Assembly: GCA_026025075.1 (NCBI GenBank)
Contig: JAPEUI010000011.1
Span: forward strand, 62,001 to 126,000
Length of the DNA stretch: 64,000 nucleotides
Source: Vezdaea acicularis
Taxonomy: Eukaryota
Direction of reading: 5' to 3'
The notes beneath the pieces were generated by a model that worked only from the letters and a program-made list of their open reading frames with translations, ran no database searches and was not told the DNA's origin. Shown here one piece after another: positions 1 to 12,970 of this stretch (its first letter is position 1; each line of letters begins with the position of its first letter). The position numbers and the translations under genes are program-made.

Positions 1-3000
1 GTTTATCTTGCTTGGATAAGGCAATTGATTTCTCCCAACGTTTGTTCTTGCGATAGATGCTCGCAGCAATCTGGCGGAAGAAGACAAGCTCATGGCGTTC
101 CAATCTTTGAGCAAGCTCCATAGCATCATAGTTATCAAAGTTTTCAACGCTGTGCCTTAGTGTCTTATAGTCCTCCTCTTCGATCAGAAGATCGTTAATG
201 GCGCTGTTGACGCTCCTCTTGTTCTGCGGTTGTACATTGAGAAGGAATGGCTTTATCAAGGGGATGTTATCGGATTTCTCAAAGAGCTTGACTACTCGGT
301 TAACGTCGATTCTAGGAGTAAGAGCCTGAAGAAGGTCTGTGATGAGTGATGGCTGCTCCTGTAGATAGAAGTTGAGAGCACGATAATAGATTTCCAGATT
401 AGCAACTTTGACAATGATATCTTTGAATGAGTGGTGTTCCCAGGCATCCGCTGCGCGTTCCATCATAGCTAGCGCAGCGTTATCCCACTCCTCATAGTGG
501 CAGTAAGAGAACACAAGTTCGGGCCACAGGTGTGCTACTTCGCATGCTCGTACCATCATCGGGATGTTAAGGCGGTTGGCGAAGAGCTTAAGATGTTCCA
601 TGACGCGCTCAGGATGGTATTTCGACAGCGCGACTCCCAAAGCAGTGAACATGGCCTTGTGAGCTCGTTCCAGTCCCAAGCCAGCTTCAAGAAGCGCAAT
701 AAGCTCGTCGAAATATCCGTTCCTCTCATACTGCCTTACAAGGTCTTGCAACTCTTCGGCGTGTACGATGAGGTTGAGACCGCAAATTTGAGCTAGTCGG
801 AACTCTTTCTGCGCGACACAAGCCTCATTGACTTGCTTCCAGACTTTGATACTATTCGCCTTCCGAGCACACTCAACAGCAGCCTGGTACTCCTCGAGGT
901 GGACCAAGGTAGTTGCAAGCTTGGCCCAATTTGATATGCTAGTAAAGAAGATTTTCGCTGCTTGGTGAAAGCCCTCCTCATATGCTTTATCACCAGAAAC
1001 CTCGATGTCAGCCACATTAGTTGATTGCAAGAAATTCTCAAGTTCGCTGAGTTGGTCTGTACGAGCATAGCAGAAAGCTAAAGCTGTATCTATCGCCGGC
1101 TCGCGCTGGGTCTTTCGTGCCATCTTGAGGAAGCGAATTAAGTCTTCATCTTTGCCGGCATGAGTCGCGCTTTCGATGACCTCGTCATAGTTGCTTGGAT
1201 CCCCGGCCTTGATGTAAGAGTCTATTCCGTCGGTAATACGAAGTCCATCGAGCTGGGCCTTGCCCACTCTGCTCCAAACCTGAGGAAGCTCCACGCGCTC
1301 AGCGTACTCTTGCGCACGATCGATACTAACGATATGCTCAATGAGAGTATTTGCAGCTTCGGCATGAGAGTCAATCTTCTTATATACCTCGAATGCCTCC
1401 TCAAATAATCCAACTTCTATGCAAATATTGGCAATATCTGGTGCATTATAATTTGACAGCCTGTGGATATAGTCCATGACACGTCCTTTATCAGATTTGG
1501 TTGCTGTGAGAATGAGGAGATTTTGGAGATTCTCATTTTCGCTAAAGAGAGAAGGCTCCAAGACGATCTTCTCGAGTAATTCAATGAGTTCCGAAGGCAA
1601 ATCAGCGGCGAGAAAGGATGCTACAGCTATAGAGACCTTATCTGGATCAGTAGATTCAGGTACGGCTGTCGAAATTACTTGGTCGACCAAAGAACGGCGG
1701 TGATCATTGTTGGGGCTGAGGACGAAAGCCCAAAGCTCGCGGTCTGCTCTCTCTAAGAGATATCGAGCTTGGTCCCTGTACATGGCATTCTCATTGGTAA
1801 TATTGACAAGCTCGAGATCATTTTGACCTTTCCGATAACAGATAAAGGCAAGGTTAGGGTCCCGCTTTTCACAGTACTTTCCAACGATCAAAGAGTCATA
1901 CTGATCGTTCTCTTTAAGGAATCTCTCCGGATCGTTATTGCTATCGATGTATATTTTCGCAAGAGCATTGTAGACGGCTTGTTGTTGGTTGCCGCTTGCA
2001 AGTGTAGCCTCAAGGAATGGCAATAGGAGCTTTAGGCGATTCCTCGATTCAACCTCGGAAACCAGCTCATCAATTGGTATGGATGAAGGATTCACCGACT
2101 GGAGGAGATTCTTGATAATACTTTCGTCGCAGTCGACATCCAACAGAGCACCTACGACGAATGGAGTCCGCGACGGGTTGATTCTCTGCACAAAAACTTC
2201 GATCGACTTATAGTGATGATTTTGGTATAGATATAGTACAAGGTCATGGATCATGTCGAACCTGTCGCATACTATAATCAGAGGCAGTTGTTCCTGTAGC
2301 TTAGCTTCTTTCAAGAAGTTCTTAACCTTCTCCGGGTTATAGTGGTTGCTATCACGACAGATTCTTTCCACTTCGGTGAATTGCTGCATTTTGGTGGCAG
2401 CTTCGATGTATTTGAAGTGCACGTCGGGGTCTTCGCTAAGATTGACGATACTACCAAGATAATAGTAGAGCCCTTCCGCGGTCTTGTATCGTTCAAATAA
2501 TTCCATGAGTTGAAGAGGACCAAGCAGGTCTGAATATTTCGTGGCGATCTGGACGACTGCTTGCAGATTTTGCCGGATGTTAGAACGGAGCATTTCATTG
2601 AGACAATCCAATGACTGCTCAACTGAGAACCGCCCAAAATAGTTGATAAGCCAGTCTTGGTTCAGAACGGTCGTATTGACGATAACCCGCTTGATTGCTG
2701 TAGGATCCTCATAATGCTCGAGTGCTCGTTGATAGAGGCCAGCGCTTTCGCATAGTTGAGCAATCCTAGCTTTGTCGTAATAAGAAAACATGTCATTACC
2801 CAGAATAGCATCTGCTACCTGAGGAGCATTCACCAAATTCATCTCAAGTAGTCGGGTCTGTAATTGTCCTTGGTCAGGCCTATTGTCCTTTAACGCATCT
2901 AGAAGGAAGGCTGTGGCTTGCTGAATCATGTTCTGGGACATGAAGACGTCGACGACGCGGCCGATATCTACTAAAGCGCCGTTGGGGTCGTTTGCAAGGG

Positions 3001-4859
3001 CTGCTGCGAACTCTGCTCCCTTCTCTGGGTTGATACGGACAACATTCTGGAGTAGAGCCACATAATCCGGGGTATAACCTGCGTTCTTAGCGTATGGTAG
3101 TATCTGATCGAATTGACCAGTTTCCGCATAACTAGCGACAACCTTCTGAGGTACATTGGCCTCTAGATATATGCTGAGAGCGAGACTTGTATCATGTGGA
3201 CGAACGACATCACCCAATTCCTCAGAGCATTCCAACTTACGTTCCTTGAGCCATTTCTCCAGGAGGTGCTTGCGGTTCTGTGCAAGTACGGGCCTGGCTA
3301 ACTCCAAACTCTCGTACTTGTTCAGCGAGGTTTTATCAAGCAGCATACTGAAGTATTGAAGTATAACTGAAAGCTGACCGGGTTGTGCAGGAATCTGCTT
3401 GAATGTTTCGATCGTCTGGGGAGTTCGGAGAAAGCCACGAGGCGAATTTGCAGCTACTTTCGCTGCTTCGACATAGTTTCCCTGGCTGAGCAACTGATTG
3501 AACTGCTGTGAGTATATATTGTCGGCTCCTGGAAGGCCTGCGCGAGATGCTAATTTTATAGCGAGTTGCGAATTGGCGGGGTTCTCCAAAAGGTAGGGAA
3601 TTACTGTGTTCTCATCAACGCTTACGGCCAGAACTTGACCCTTCCGATTCACTCCAATTATGCCCTCAGAACGCGAATCTGGAGCAGTGATGAAAATGGT
3701 CTCGCTCGAGATGCGATTCATGTATATACAAGTGCCAGTCTCCAAATCGTAGAGATGGATAAAGCCGTATTTAGTGACGAGGTAGATGACCTTATACTTT
3801 GCCGACACTTGCATTGCAACAGGAAAGTCGTTCACGGCCTCGGGAGGAAAGTAGACATCGACGTTTTTCTTTGTGAACACGGGATTCGATGATTGGTGAT
3901 CAATCTCGACGACATGCAATTTCGCGCCGTTGGCAGTCCTCGCGGCAAAGGTAAAGACCTTAGTTTCTCCAGGAGCGCCTTCGAGCCGAAGAGTGCCGAA
4001 TGCCGCGGCATGGCCCTCTAAAGCCTGGCTTATGCCGCGATCTTTGTTGTAGAGCTGCATCGCACCTACCACTCGTGATTGCTGCGATGATATGCCGACT
4101 ACCACCATCCACTTCTCGTCCTCGCTCACACGGTAATTAATGATTTGGCACCCCTAAACACATCGTCAAATCAAGGGACCAGGATTTGGGGATTCCTGAT
4201 AACTTACATTCAAGTTAGATGTCCTTTCAAAGACCTTGACAGGCTCGCTCTGAGAAGGGTCGAAAACATCCCAGTGGTAGACACTAGAATCGGTGATTAA
4301 CCCAAGGCTTCGCTCACTGAACCATTTCCAGAATAAAACATCCTCATTCATGACGGCTGACTTCAGCTTGGCCTTATTATCAAGATCGAATATTTGAAGC
4401 GTCCTCTGCTGAGCTTTGAGTGCAATGACCTGCTTGTTCCAGTGCATGATGGCGCTGTCGGCCTTGATGGTTTTTTTTGTGACTTCATTGTTTCTTGTCA
4501 GGTCAATGATATAGACCTCCTGAGAAGCTCCTTCTGAGGGTGTCTGCCGCACACAGATGAAGTGGTCGGATTCTAGGGTCTGAGGGAGATAACTTAGCAA
4601 AACCTCACCCAGAATTTAGGAAGGAGCTTACACATGTGTTAAAGCCGATAGATGCTGGCTGTGACAGTCTGTCAGTAGGAGGAAGCCGGCTTGGGACGGA
4701 GTGTCAACAGTGGAACTAGTCCTACATACCGCAATAGCCGCTGAGGTCAGCTACATGAGAAGAATAAGTCAGTAAGGCATTTTTGAACGTTTGAGTGCCG
4801 TATGTTTCGAGAAAGCCCACCTGGAACAACTCTGTGAACTTTATAGGAAGAGGTGCCAT
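1..4859 (-). CDS. CHC1: Clathrin heavy chain (3' end lies beyond the left window edge)
   Basis: ATG at 4859. Spliced N-terminus MAPLPIKFTELFQ|LTSAAIA|PASIGFNTC|TLESDHFICVRQ...ADSAIMHW...IALKAQQRTLQIF matches the clathrin terminal beta-propeller. After an intron near 4155-4208 the frame continues into clathrin heavy-chain repeat sequence (e.g. LIIVCDRF, DPNLAFICY, HLWPELVFLY) to base 1. The ORF track misses it because there is no stop in the window. Confidence 0.97.
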
Positions 4860-5663
4860 GGTCGCGGTGCGCAACGCGGCCTTCCCATATACTGAAGCTT
4901 CACCCTGTATAGTCAAACCAACGCAGAGAAAGTTAGACGCTCAGAGTGGTAGCAGGACACCGCGAATGGCGAAAGGAGTGAAATGAAACGAAGTATGGTA
5001 TAGAAAGCTCAATCACTGAGCGAAAGGGTGTCAAGAAGCTCAGGAGTGAGACGTGTTGCCCTGTCGCTAAGGAACTGAATTTCCGTCGGGAGACTAGGCC
5101 CAGAGACTTCGGCCAATCATCGAATGATGATCACATGACTCGAGCGAACTTCATAATTTGCATATGACTTGCACAAAACTGCACATTCTTCGTCATTTCG
5201 ATCACACTTTCTGGGTGCTTTGGCTCGGTCATAAGTTTTTCGCCTTATGCAAGGGCGGCGACATCATCACAGATGGTTTTTATGAGCTTCGAACGACGAG
5301 CCAACATTCCACGCTAGTACGTCCCTGCTAAGGGAGCAAGTTAAACCCCGTGGAAAAAATAGTATTTCATTATCTACTGGAGCAAACTTATACCTTATCA
5401 TTTTTCCAATTTTTTAAAAGTATTGGCTTGAATTGTTTCCAACTAGTTGGCTGTCATGCTACTAACTACGATCTCACCTTAATTTAGATGCTCCCCTCGC
5501 TTCTTACGGGGATCAACACCCATCAGCACGGGGTCGGGAATTTTAATTCGGAAACGGCTATGCTCATGTGCTCATGTCAAATCATTTAATGCTCCGAATC
5601 TGTTTCACATGTTGGTGAGACGTACTACGCTGATTTTCCTATTAATATACGGGGCGGGGTGTT

Positions 5664-5717
5664 CAGCCTTCGTCCGGACCAGCCTCTTCCGTACCAGCCT
5701 CCTTCCACACCAGCCAC
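5664..5717 (+). promoter_or_regulatory. Array of four CAGCC(T/A)(C/T) motifs, putative Crz1/CrzA (calcineurin-dependent) elements
   Basis: CAGCCTT 5664, CAGCCTC 5680, CAGCCTC 5695, CAGCCAC 5711, spaced 15-16 bp apart and about 400 bp upstream of the GPI-protein ATG. The reverse complement G(A/T)GGCTG resembles known Crz1-family sites. Confidence 0.5.
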
Positions 5718-6113
5718 CCGGAGATAAGCGAGTCGCGCTGGCAACCAATCATTACCTACCTCGCGCACGCCACCCGCAGTCTAAGCGTTGACAATTGCCC
5801 GAAGCTGTGCATTCCACGCGTTCTTTGCGAGCCATGGGGAAGGTGCCCAACCCCCTTGGCACTCGGACCGGCCTCCGGGTTGTGCTTGCTACGGTATTGT
5901 GTACGTCCCTACTCACCTAGCATAAATAAGTTCTTCCTTCCTCCGCGCACTGTTTCCTTTGCAATCCACACTCCCTACAAATCCTTCCTACACGAAGACT
6001 CCGCTACAAATCCATAAATACCACGTCTCCAACTTGATAGCCTCCCAAAAGATTTACCTCTATCACTTCCGCCAGCCTCGTAGAACCTCTGCAATCATAC
6101 CTCATACGCCAAT

Positions 6114-6480
6114 ATGCAATTCAACCTCCTCGTTCTCGCCCTTGCGGCTCTCGCCACCTCCGCCACAGCACAGTAAGTTATTCCTCATGGAACCTTGAGC
6201 AATGCGGCCACTAATGTGGAGATTCTACAGATTGAACACTACCTACGTTGTCTATCCTACTGGCACTGGTGTGACTCCCGTTCTCCCTACAAAGACTGGT
6301 GTCACACCGCCCGTCATACCCCAAGGCACCGGTGCAGCTGGTAAACCCTCAGCAAGCGGTACTGGCGGGCAAGCACCAACCGGAAGTCCTATCGTCATCT
6401 CGAATGGTGCAGCAATGAACGGCGTGTCGGGTAGCATGATTGGTTTAGCTATCGCTGGTGGAATCGCCTGCATGCTGTAA
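6114..6480 (+). CDS. Small secreted Thr/Gly/Pro-rich, putatively GPI-anchored cell-surface protein (~103 aa)
   Basis: Exon 1 encodes the signal peptide MQFNLLVLALAALATSATAQ. Intron 6173-6230 (GTAAGT..CTAAT..CAG). Exon 2 has an N-glycosylation site (NTT), TGVTP repeats, an omega-like SNGA and a hydrophobic tail SMIGLAIAGGIACML. Confidence 0.85.
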
Positions 6481-7760
6481 TTTCATTAAGTTCGACACCT
6501 AAGACCATTCAGCATTTGAAAGGAGTCCTCGGATTACGGCATGGGATAAACTAAACTACGGCTAATTGTAATGTGTGATGGATGAGCCAATGAGCCTTGG
6601 AGTGGGGCATGCGCAGTAGTTCCTGACTGCTGGAGGCGTTTGGGCGAGTTAGAACGGGCATGGACATCATTCCAAAAAGCCTTCATCCTAGAATAATGAA
6701 AACCTTCAAATATTTAAACCATATCTTCCTCTCGTGATCGATCTAGTATTCTAATCTGCGTCACGACCAGTATGCCAAAGGTAGAACCACAAAGGAAGAG
6801 CCTGAAGCATACATCACCAAGAGACAGAAAGAGTCCAACGTGCAGTTGCCTTGATGCCATACACAAACAGGGATGATGAAAAGAGTATTCCAATAGTGAA
6901 CAAATTGGCACAAGCATACGGTATGGTATGACCTGAAGGAAGGGATGCTTCACTATGGCTGGACCAAAGGAGGCGCATGCAGCATGCACGGTCCAGGTAG
7001 CGAGTTGTGCCACGCCAGGTTCTTCAAAGAATCTGGAGATTATGGACGCTGCCAGAGCCGCTGTAAATATAGATCGTTCGTATTTCCCACCCGGTGTGAC
7101 AATATCTCGCGTCATGGGAGGTTCTGAGTGGTCCGTTCTGTATTAAAAGGTTGGTATTTGCAGAAGTCCATGTTGACTACGAACGGCTGTACGGGCTGGT
7201 TGCGTCTTCTCTCGTCATCTTCGGTCGCTCAGAACCTATTCAAGGGGCACGTTATACGAGATAGTACTTAATTGGAAGACCTGAGCGTCATCGCACACTA
7301 TTTCTAATCAAAGCCGTATTGTGCGGTCGATCATTGCGACCCGGTCCACAGCCTCTCGCAAGGCTCAAGGAGAGTATCGCACCCAAGATCAATCACTAAG
7401 AAATGATCTCCATTCTGCTGACGATTTCCGTATGTCATGGAGCCTCACACCACTAGGAGTGGAGCGGACACTCGAAGGAACGCTTTTATTGAGAATGTAA
7501 TCTTGCGTTGTTCATATTTTTATGATGAAGAAGAGAAAAAGAAGGGAAAGCACACAATCGTGCTTTGGCGAATCGTTAGTGTGGCCGCTTTTGAACCCCA
7601 CCATACACTTCCACTCCTCTCCCGTAGCAGCTTTGCATCTGCCCGCATTAGAGAATGTATTTTATACAACTGAAAGGCCTCCATTGGTGACCTTAAGATC
7701 ATCTGTACGATTTTTACCACCGAGTTGGGTGCTGAATCTGACCGCCGTCCTGCTCACATC

Positions 7761-9709
7761 ATGGCTACCAGCGGAACCTTGAGAACCGGTTAGTTACTTG
7801 CGCACGACCCTACGAGCCTCCTACTGATTACAGTACAGCTATTCTGTCCGTCTACGATAAAACCGGACTGCTAGACCTAGCCAAAGGGCTTATACAGAAT
7901 AATGTTAGGCTCCTTGCATCTGGGGGAACGGCGAACCTAATACGGGAGGCTGGTTTCGCTGTTGAGTGAGAAATGCTGCTGGTGGATATAAAGATTATGC
8001 TGATAGCCTGGTCGTAGAGACGTGTCTACAATCACACACGCGCCAGAAATGCTGTCAGGGAGAGTGAAGACCTTACATCCTGCAGTACATGCCGGTATAC
8101 TTGCCCGCGATCTGGCTGCAGATGAGAAAGATCTCGCCGACCAAAATATCAACAAGGTGGACTTTGTTATCTGCAACCTTTATCCATTCAAGGACACTAT
8201 CGCAAAGACCAACGTCACAATACCTGAGGCAGTGGAAGAAATTGATATTGGGGGTGTCACTCTTCTCCGTGCAGCGGCGAAGAATCATGCACGAGTCACA
8301 ATACTTAGCGATCCCCTCGATTATCCAGAATTTCTAAAGGAATTAGAAACTGGGGAGGTTACAGCCCAGAGCAGAAAACTGCACGCACTGAAGGCATTTG
8401 AGATAACTGCCGATTATGACGCAGCAATCTCCGATTTTTTCCGAAGGAAATATGCTGGTGATGGAAGGCAACATCTTCCTTTACGTTATGGCGCAAACCC
8501 ACATCAGAAGGCTGCAGCCGCGTTTATGAAGGAAGCCCCCCTTCCATTCAAGGTTCTCGGAGGTGCTCCTGGATACATCAACCTCCTCGATGCTCTCAGT
8601 GCGTGGCCACTGGTCAAAGAGCTGAAAGACGCGTTAGGCTTTCCTGCAGCAGCAAGCTTCAAGCATGTATCACCTGCCGGTGCAGCTATAGGAGTTCCTC
8701 TTAACGCTCATGAACGACAAGTCTTTATGGTGGACGACATTGAGAATCTAGAGCACTCACAATTGGCGCAAGCTTATGCCAGAGCCAGAGGAGCTGATAG
8801 GATGAGCAGTTTTGGCGACCTCATAGCTCTGAGTGATGAGGTCGATGTCACTACTGCAAAAATAATATCCAGGGAAGTCTCCGATGGCGTCATTGCTCCC
8901 GGGTACTCGAAGGACGCTCTTGAAATTTTGAAGAGTAAGAAAGGAGGAAAATATCTCGTCCTCCAGATTGATCCTCATTATGAGCCTGCGATACAAGAGA
9001 CTCGTACTGTTCTTGGGGTCAACCTCACTCAACATCGAAACGATGTTCTTATCTCCCCCAAAGAATCATTCAACACGATCGTCGTGCCCAAGGAGCATAG
9101 CGGTCTTTCCGAGTCAGCATCTCGTGACCTCACTGTAGCCACCATAGCGCTGAAGTACACTCAGAGCAACTCTGTCTGCTACGCTCTTAATGGGCAAGTC
9201 ATCGGTCTCGGAGCGGGCCAACAGTCCAGGATACACTGTACTCGTCTGGCTGGTGATAAGGCGGATAATTGGTGGATGCGCTTCCACGAGAGGACAAGAA
9301 ACATCAAGTGGAAGAAAGGCTTAAAGAGGCCAGACAAGAGCAACGCAATTGACCTTCTCTGTAATGGGCAGCTCCCGAAGTCTGGTCCTGAAAGAGAAGA
9401 TTATAAGCAGGCATTCGAAGAGGTACCACCTGACTTTACTGCGCAGGAGCGGGAGGACTGGCTTGCAAAGCTGTCAGAGGTGGCAGTATCAAGTGATGCC
9501 TTCGTATGTAGAGTTCTGGAAACATCTGAAAGGGCTGGACTGACATAATATAGTTCCCCTTCACTGATAACATCTACCGAGCATCGAGATCAGGCGCCAA
9601 GTATATTGCGGCTCCAGGAGGAAGCGTTAATGACAAGGCGGTTCATGAGACAGCGGAAAAGCTTGGTATGGTCTTCATTGAACAACCTACCCGTCTCTTC
9701 CATCACTAG
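7761..9709 (+). CDS. ADE17: Bifunctional AICAR transformylase / IMP cyclohydrolase (PurH/ATIC)
   Basis: Motifs [78 protein letters not shown] and SSDAFFPF; C-terminus RLFHH*. Three introns. Confidence 0.97.
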
Positions 9710-10224
9710 ACCTGCATAGCGATTTGGGGCTTCTCGCCTCCACGAAGCACGAGAAATCTCGCTTAACTTTCCTCCATAACGGCCCACAGAGCTCAGGATC
9801 AGGTTTGAGATGATTTGGCGTTGGCGGGACTTCCTTATGAGAAGAGGTTGCTGGTTACTGATAGAAAATATTAAGGCTTTATAGAATTTTCGATGAGATA
9901 GGAATAGACTATGTGAGAGCAAGACACTGCAATCTGTATCATACCAATACCTCCCTTAAATCCCCACGAAGCGTATAAAACCTTTCAAAGAATATTCATA
10001 GCAATTCTGTTCGGCTTCAGGGGGGTGACATTTGTAGAAACTTCCTAATTAGATTTTGGTAAGCGGGCCTGGCGCTGTGAGTAATAGGCGCACTTGACGA
10101 CTTTACAAAAAACACACCAATATTGTGCTGACACCATAACAACATTGCAACAACCCTTAGACGGATATTAAGATCCAGAACTTGGCGTCCATTCTCGACA
10201 AGGCATACAGGAATTACCGCAATC

Positions 10225-11944
10225 ATGGCGGCCAACGGGAACTTATCAGAGGAGGACTCGCCCCCCACTTCACCTTCTGCCGCACCTGAGGGAGGTTTCA
10301 ACTTCAATAACGACAATGAGGAGGCGCCTGAGACAAGAACAGAGCGTAAGACTGCTCTAAAAAAGAGCACGACGTATGTCGCGCCCCCACCAGAGGCTGC
10401 AAGGCCCGAACTACCTCCCCAGCCAGACCCAAAAACCCTCGACATAAAGGCCTTAACGCCACTTTCTCCCGAAATCATCGCTCGACAGGCAACCATAAAC
10501 ATTGGCACAATAGGACATGTAGCACACGGCAAGTCGACAGTCGTGAAGGCTATCTCAGGCGTTCAGACCGTGCGTTTCAAGAATGAACTGGAACGAAATA
10601 TCACAATCAAGCTGGGTTACGCAAATGCAAAGATATACAAGTGCGACAACGAGGAGTGCCCAAGGCCTGGCTGCTATCGAAGCTACAAAAGCGAGAAAGA
10701 AGTAGACCCGCCATGTGAGCGAGAAGGATGTGGGGGTCGATACAGGCTGTTGAGACACGTCTCGTAAGTATGGTACTGAGAAAGATCTGTTCCTTGCTGA
10801 CAGCTTAGGTTTGTCGACTGCCCTGGCCACGATATTCTCATGAGCACGATGTTATCTGGAGCTGCTGTCATGGATGCCGCACTGCTTCTGATTGCTGGGA
10901 ACGAGACTTGCCCTCAACCCCAAACTTCAGAACATCTCGCTGCCATCGAAATCATGAAACTTAATCACATAATCATTCTCCAGAACAAAGTCGATCTAAT
11001 GCGGGAAGAAGGCGCAGAACAGCATTACCAATCGATATTGAAGTTCATCAAGGGAACCGTGGCCGACGGCTCGCCAATAATACCCATATCTGCTCAACTC
11101 AAGTACAATATTGATGCGATCAACGAATACCTTGTCACGAAGATTCCAGTCCCCATCCGGGACTTTACGGCCCCTCCACACATGATTGTAATTCGATCAT
11201 TTGATGTCAATAAGCCTGGAGCAGAGATTGACGACCTAAAAGGAGGAGTTGCGGGTGGCAGTATCCTGACTGGCGTCTTGAAAGTTGGGGACGAGATCGA
11301 GATCAGACCCGGCTTAGTGACAAGAGACGAGGCGGGAAAGATCAAGTGTAAACCGATCTTCAGTAGAGTCGTTACGCTCTTCGCTGAACACAACGATCTC
11401 AAATTTGCAGTTCCAGGGGGCTTGATCGGTAAGTTCACAGTGTAACGACATATCTCCACTTTTAGACAAACCTAATTGTTATAAGGTGTTGGTACACGTG
11501 TCGACCCAACTTTATGTCGAGCTGATCGTCTCGTTGGATTTGTCCTCGGTTTGAAGGGGCGCCTCCCAGCCATATACACGGAGATCGAAGTCAACTACTT
11601 CCTACTACGGCGACTGCTGGGAGTCAAGACTGCAGATGGAAAGCAAGCTAAGGTGACGAAGCTAACAAAGAACGAGGTATTGATGGTTAACATTGGATCC
11701 ACATCGACCGGATGCAAAGTCATGGGCGTTAAGGCGGATGCTGCCAAGCTGAGCTTGACAAGTCCAGCATGTACAGAAATCGGAGAGAAGATTGCCCTAA
11801 GCCGGAGAATTGACAAGCATTGGCGTCTGATTGGTTGGGCTAACATCGTTGCGTACGTTGCAAATACGCCTCTCATGAAGATGTACGCAGTATACTGACC
11901 TGACAATTACTAGTGGCAATACTCTTGAACCATCTTTGGACTAG
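10225..11944 (+). CDS. GCD11: Translation initiation factor eIF2 gamma subunit
   Basis: Motifs [46 protein letters not shown] and [12 protein letters not shown]. Introns near 10764-10808, 11429-11486 and 11853-11913; ends GNTLEPSLD*. Confidence 0.98.
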
Positions 11945-12970
11945 GCATTGGACCAAGTGCTACGCATGACCAGGAAAATCCGACTCGAATTGACGCGGTT
12001 GCGGGCAATGCATATTAGGATTGGCTTATGAGGTTGTGGAAGGGGGGTCTGATTTGCTTCACGGCTTCGTCTCCTTTGACCCTTTACGAGCAACATGTCT
12101 CTTCACGTGGCATTCTGCGTTGGTGCAAGACTGGGGCTTTTTGCGTTTTCTGCAGGATAGCGATAGACACCAAAAGCTTTTAATAGGCGTAACAGCCTTT
12201 GCTTTCTAAATGAAAATACCAGTGTGTTCATAAAGCATCGTTGTATGATGCACTCTCTACGCCAAGAGCCTCGTGCATCAGCGATGATCGATCGGATCGA
12301 TACGGCCGCCTTTGTTTCCCGGAAGTCCGAAGGGGCTCGGACGATCCGAGGCCGACGGGCAGGTCTTGGCGGGGCTCGCCAGGAATGCTGTCGTCCGAGT
12401 GGTGAAGAGCCGATCCTGCGGTGCCTGTGGTATCCGGCGTGGATGTTTAGCCGAAAGTCTGGGGGCCCGCCCAAACCTTTCACATGCGCATTCCATTCTT
12501 CGTTCGTCTTCTCCCCTTGCTGTGGGCCTGGCGCCGAACAGTGGTTCTCTTTGAAATGCATCCTCTCAACCTTCCTATATCTCCTAGACCAATCTCCCTC
12601 TCATAACCCTCGACAAATTCTGGCTAACTGTATCCAATTCTTCTCCGAGAAAATATTCTGCACTGTTTGTATACCTTTCTGCCGATCCTAAGGTTTTAAT
12701 GGTCGCATGACCTTCCTATACAACAGCTTTCGCCCATACCCGAAGTTATCCTCTGCGGCGTCTGACATCCATCCTCTGTTCAGACCCCACGTCGTAATCC
12801 CTGGTCTCATCTCAGCCTTCTGAACCAACAAGTTTTCTTCTCAACATTATCGTCATTCTTCGCTTCCATTTGTAACATACACTCGAATGCTCACGCTTTA
12901 CCACTAAAACATCGTCCAATATTGTACAAGTATATAAAACAACCTCAATTTTACGAAGAAAGCACCAAAC

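Noticed and set aside
497..3892. Many short plus-strand and off-frame ORFs in the ORF track
   Set aside because: They are shadows of the long clathrin exon on the minus strand.
6714..7146. Overlapping 60-133 aa ORFs, one Cys-rich, between the GPI gene and ADE17
   Set aside because: No recognisable domain, signal peptide or splice structure linking them. A small orphan or decayed gene cannot be fully excluded.
12103..12691. 152-155 aa ORFs on both strands; GGAAGTCC and GAAAGTCT resembling the RNase P/MRP CR-I motif
   Set aside because: The ORFs are explained by high GC content. I found no matching CR-V/P4 partner, so it is not called as RNase P/MRP.
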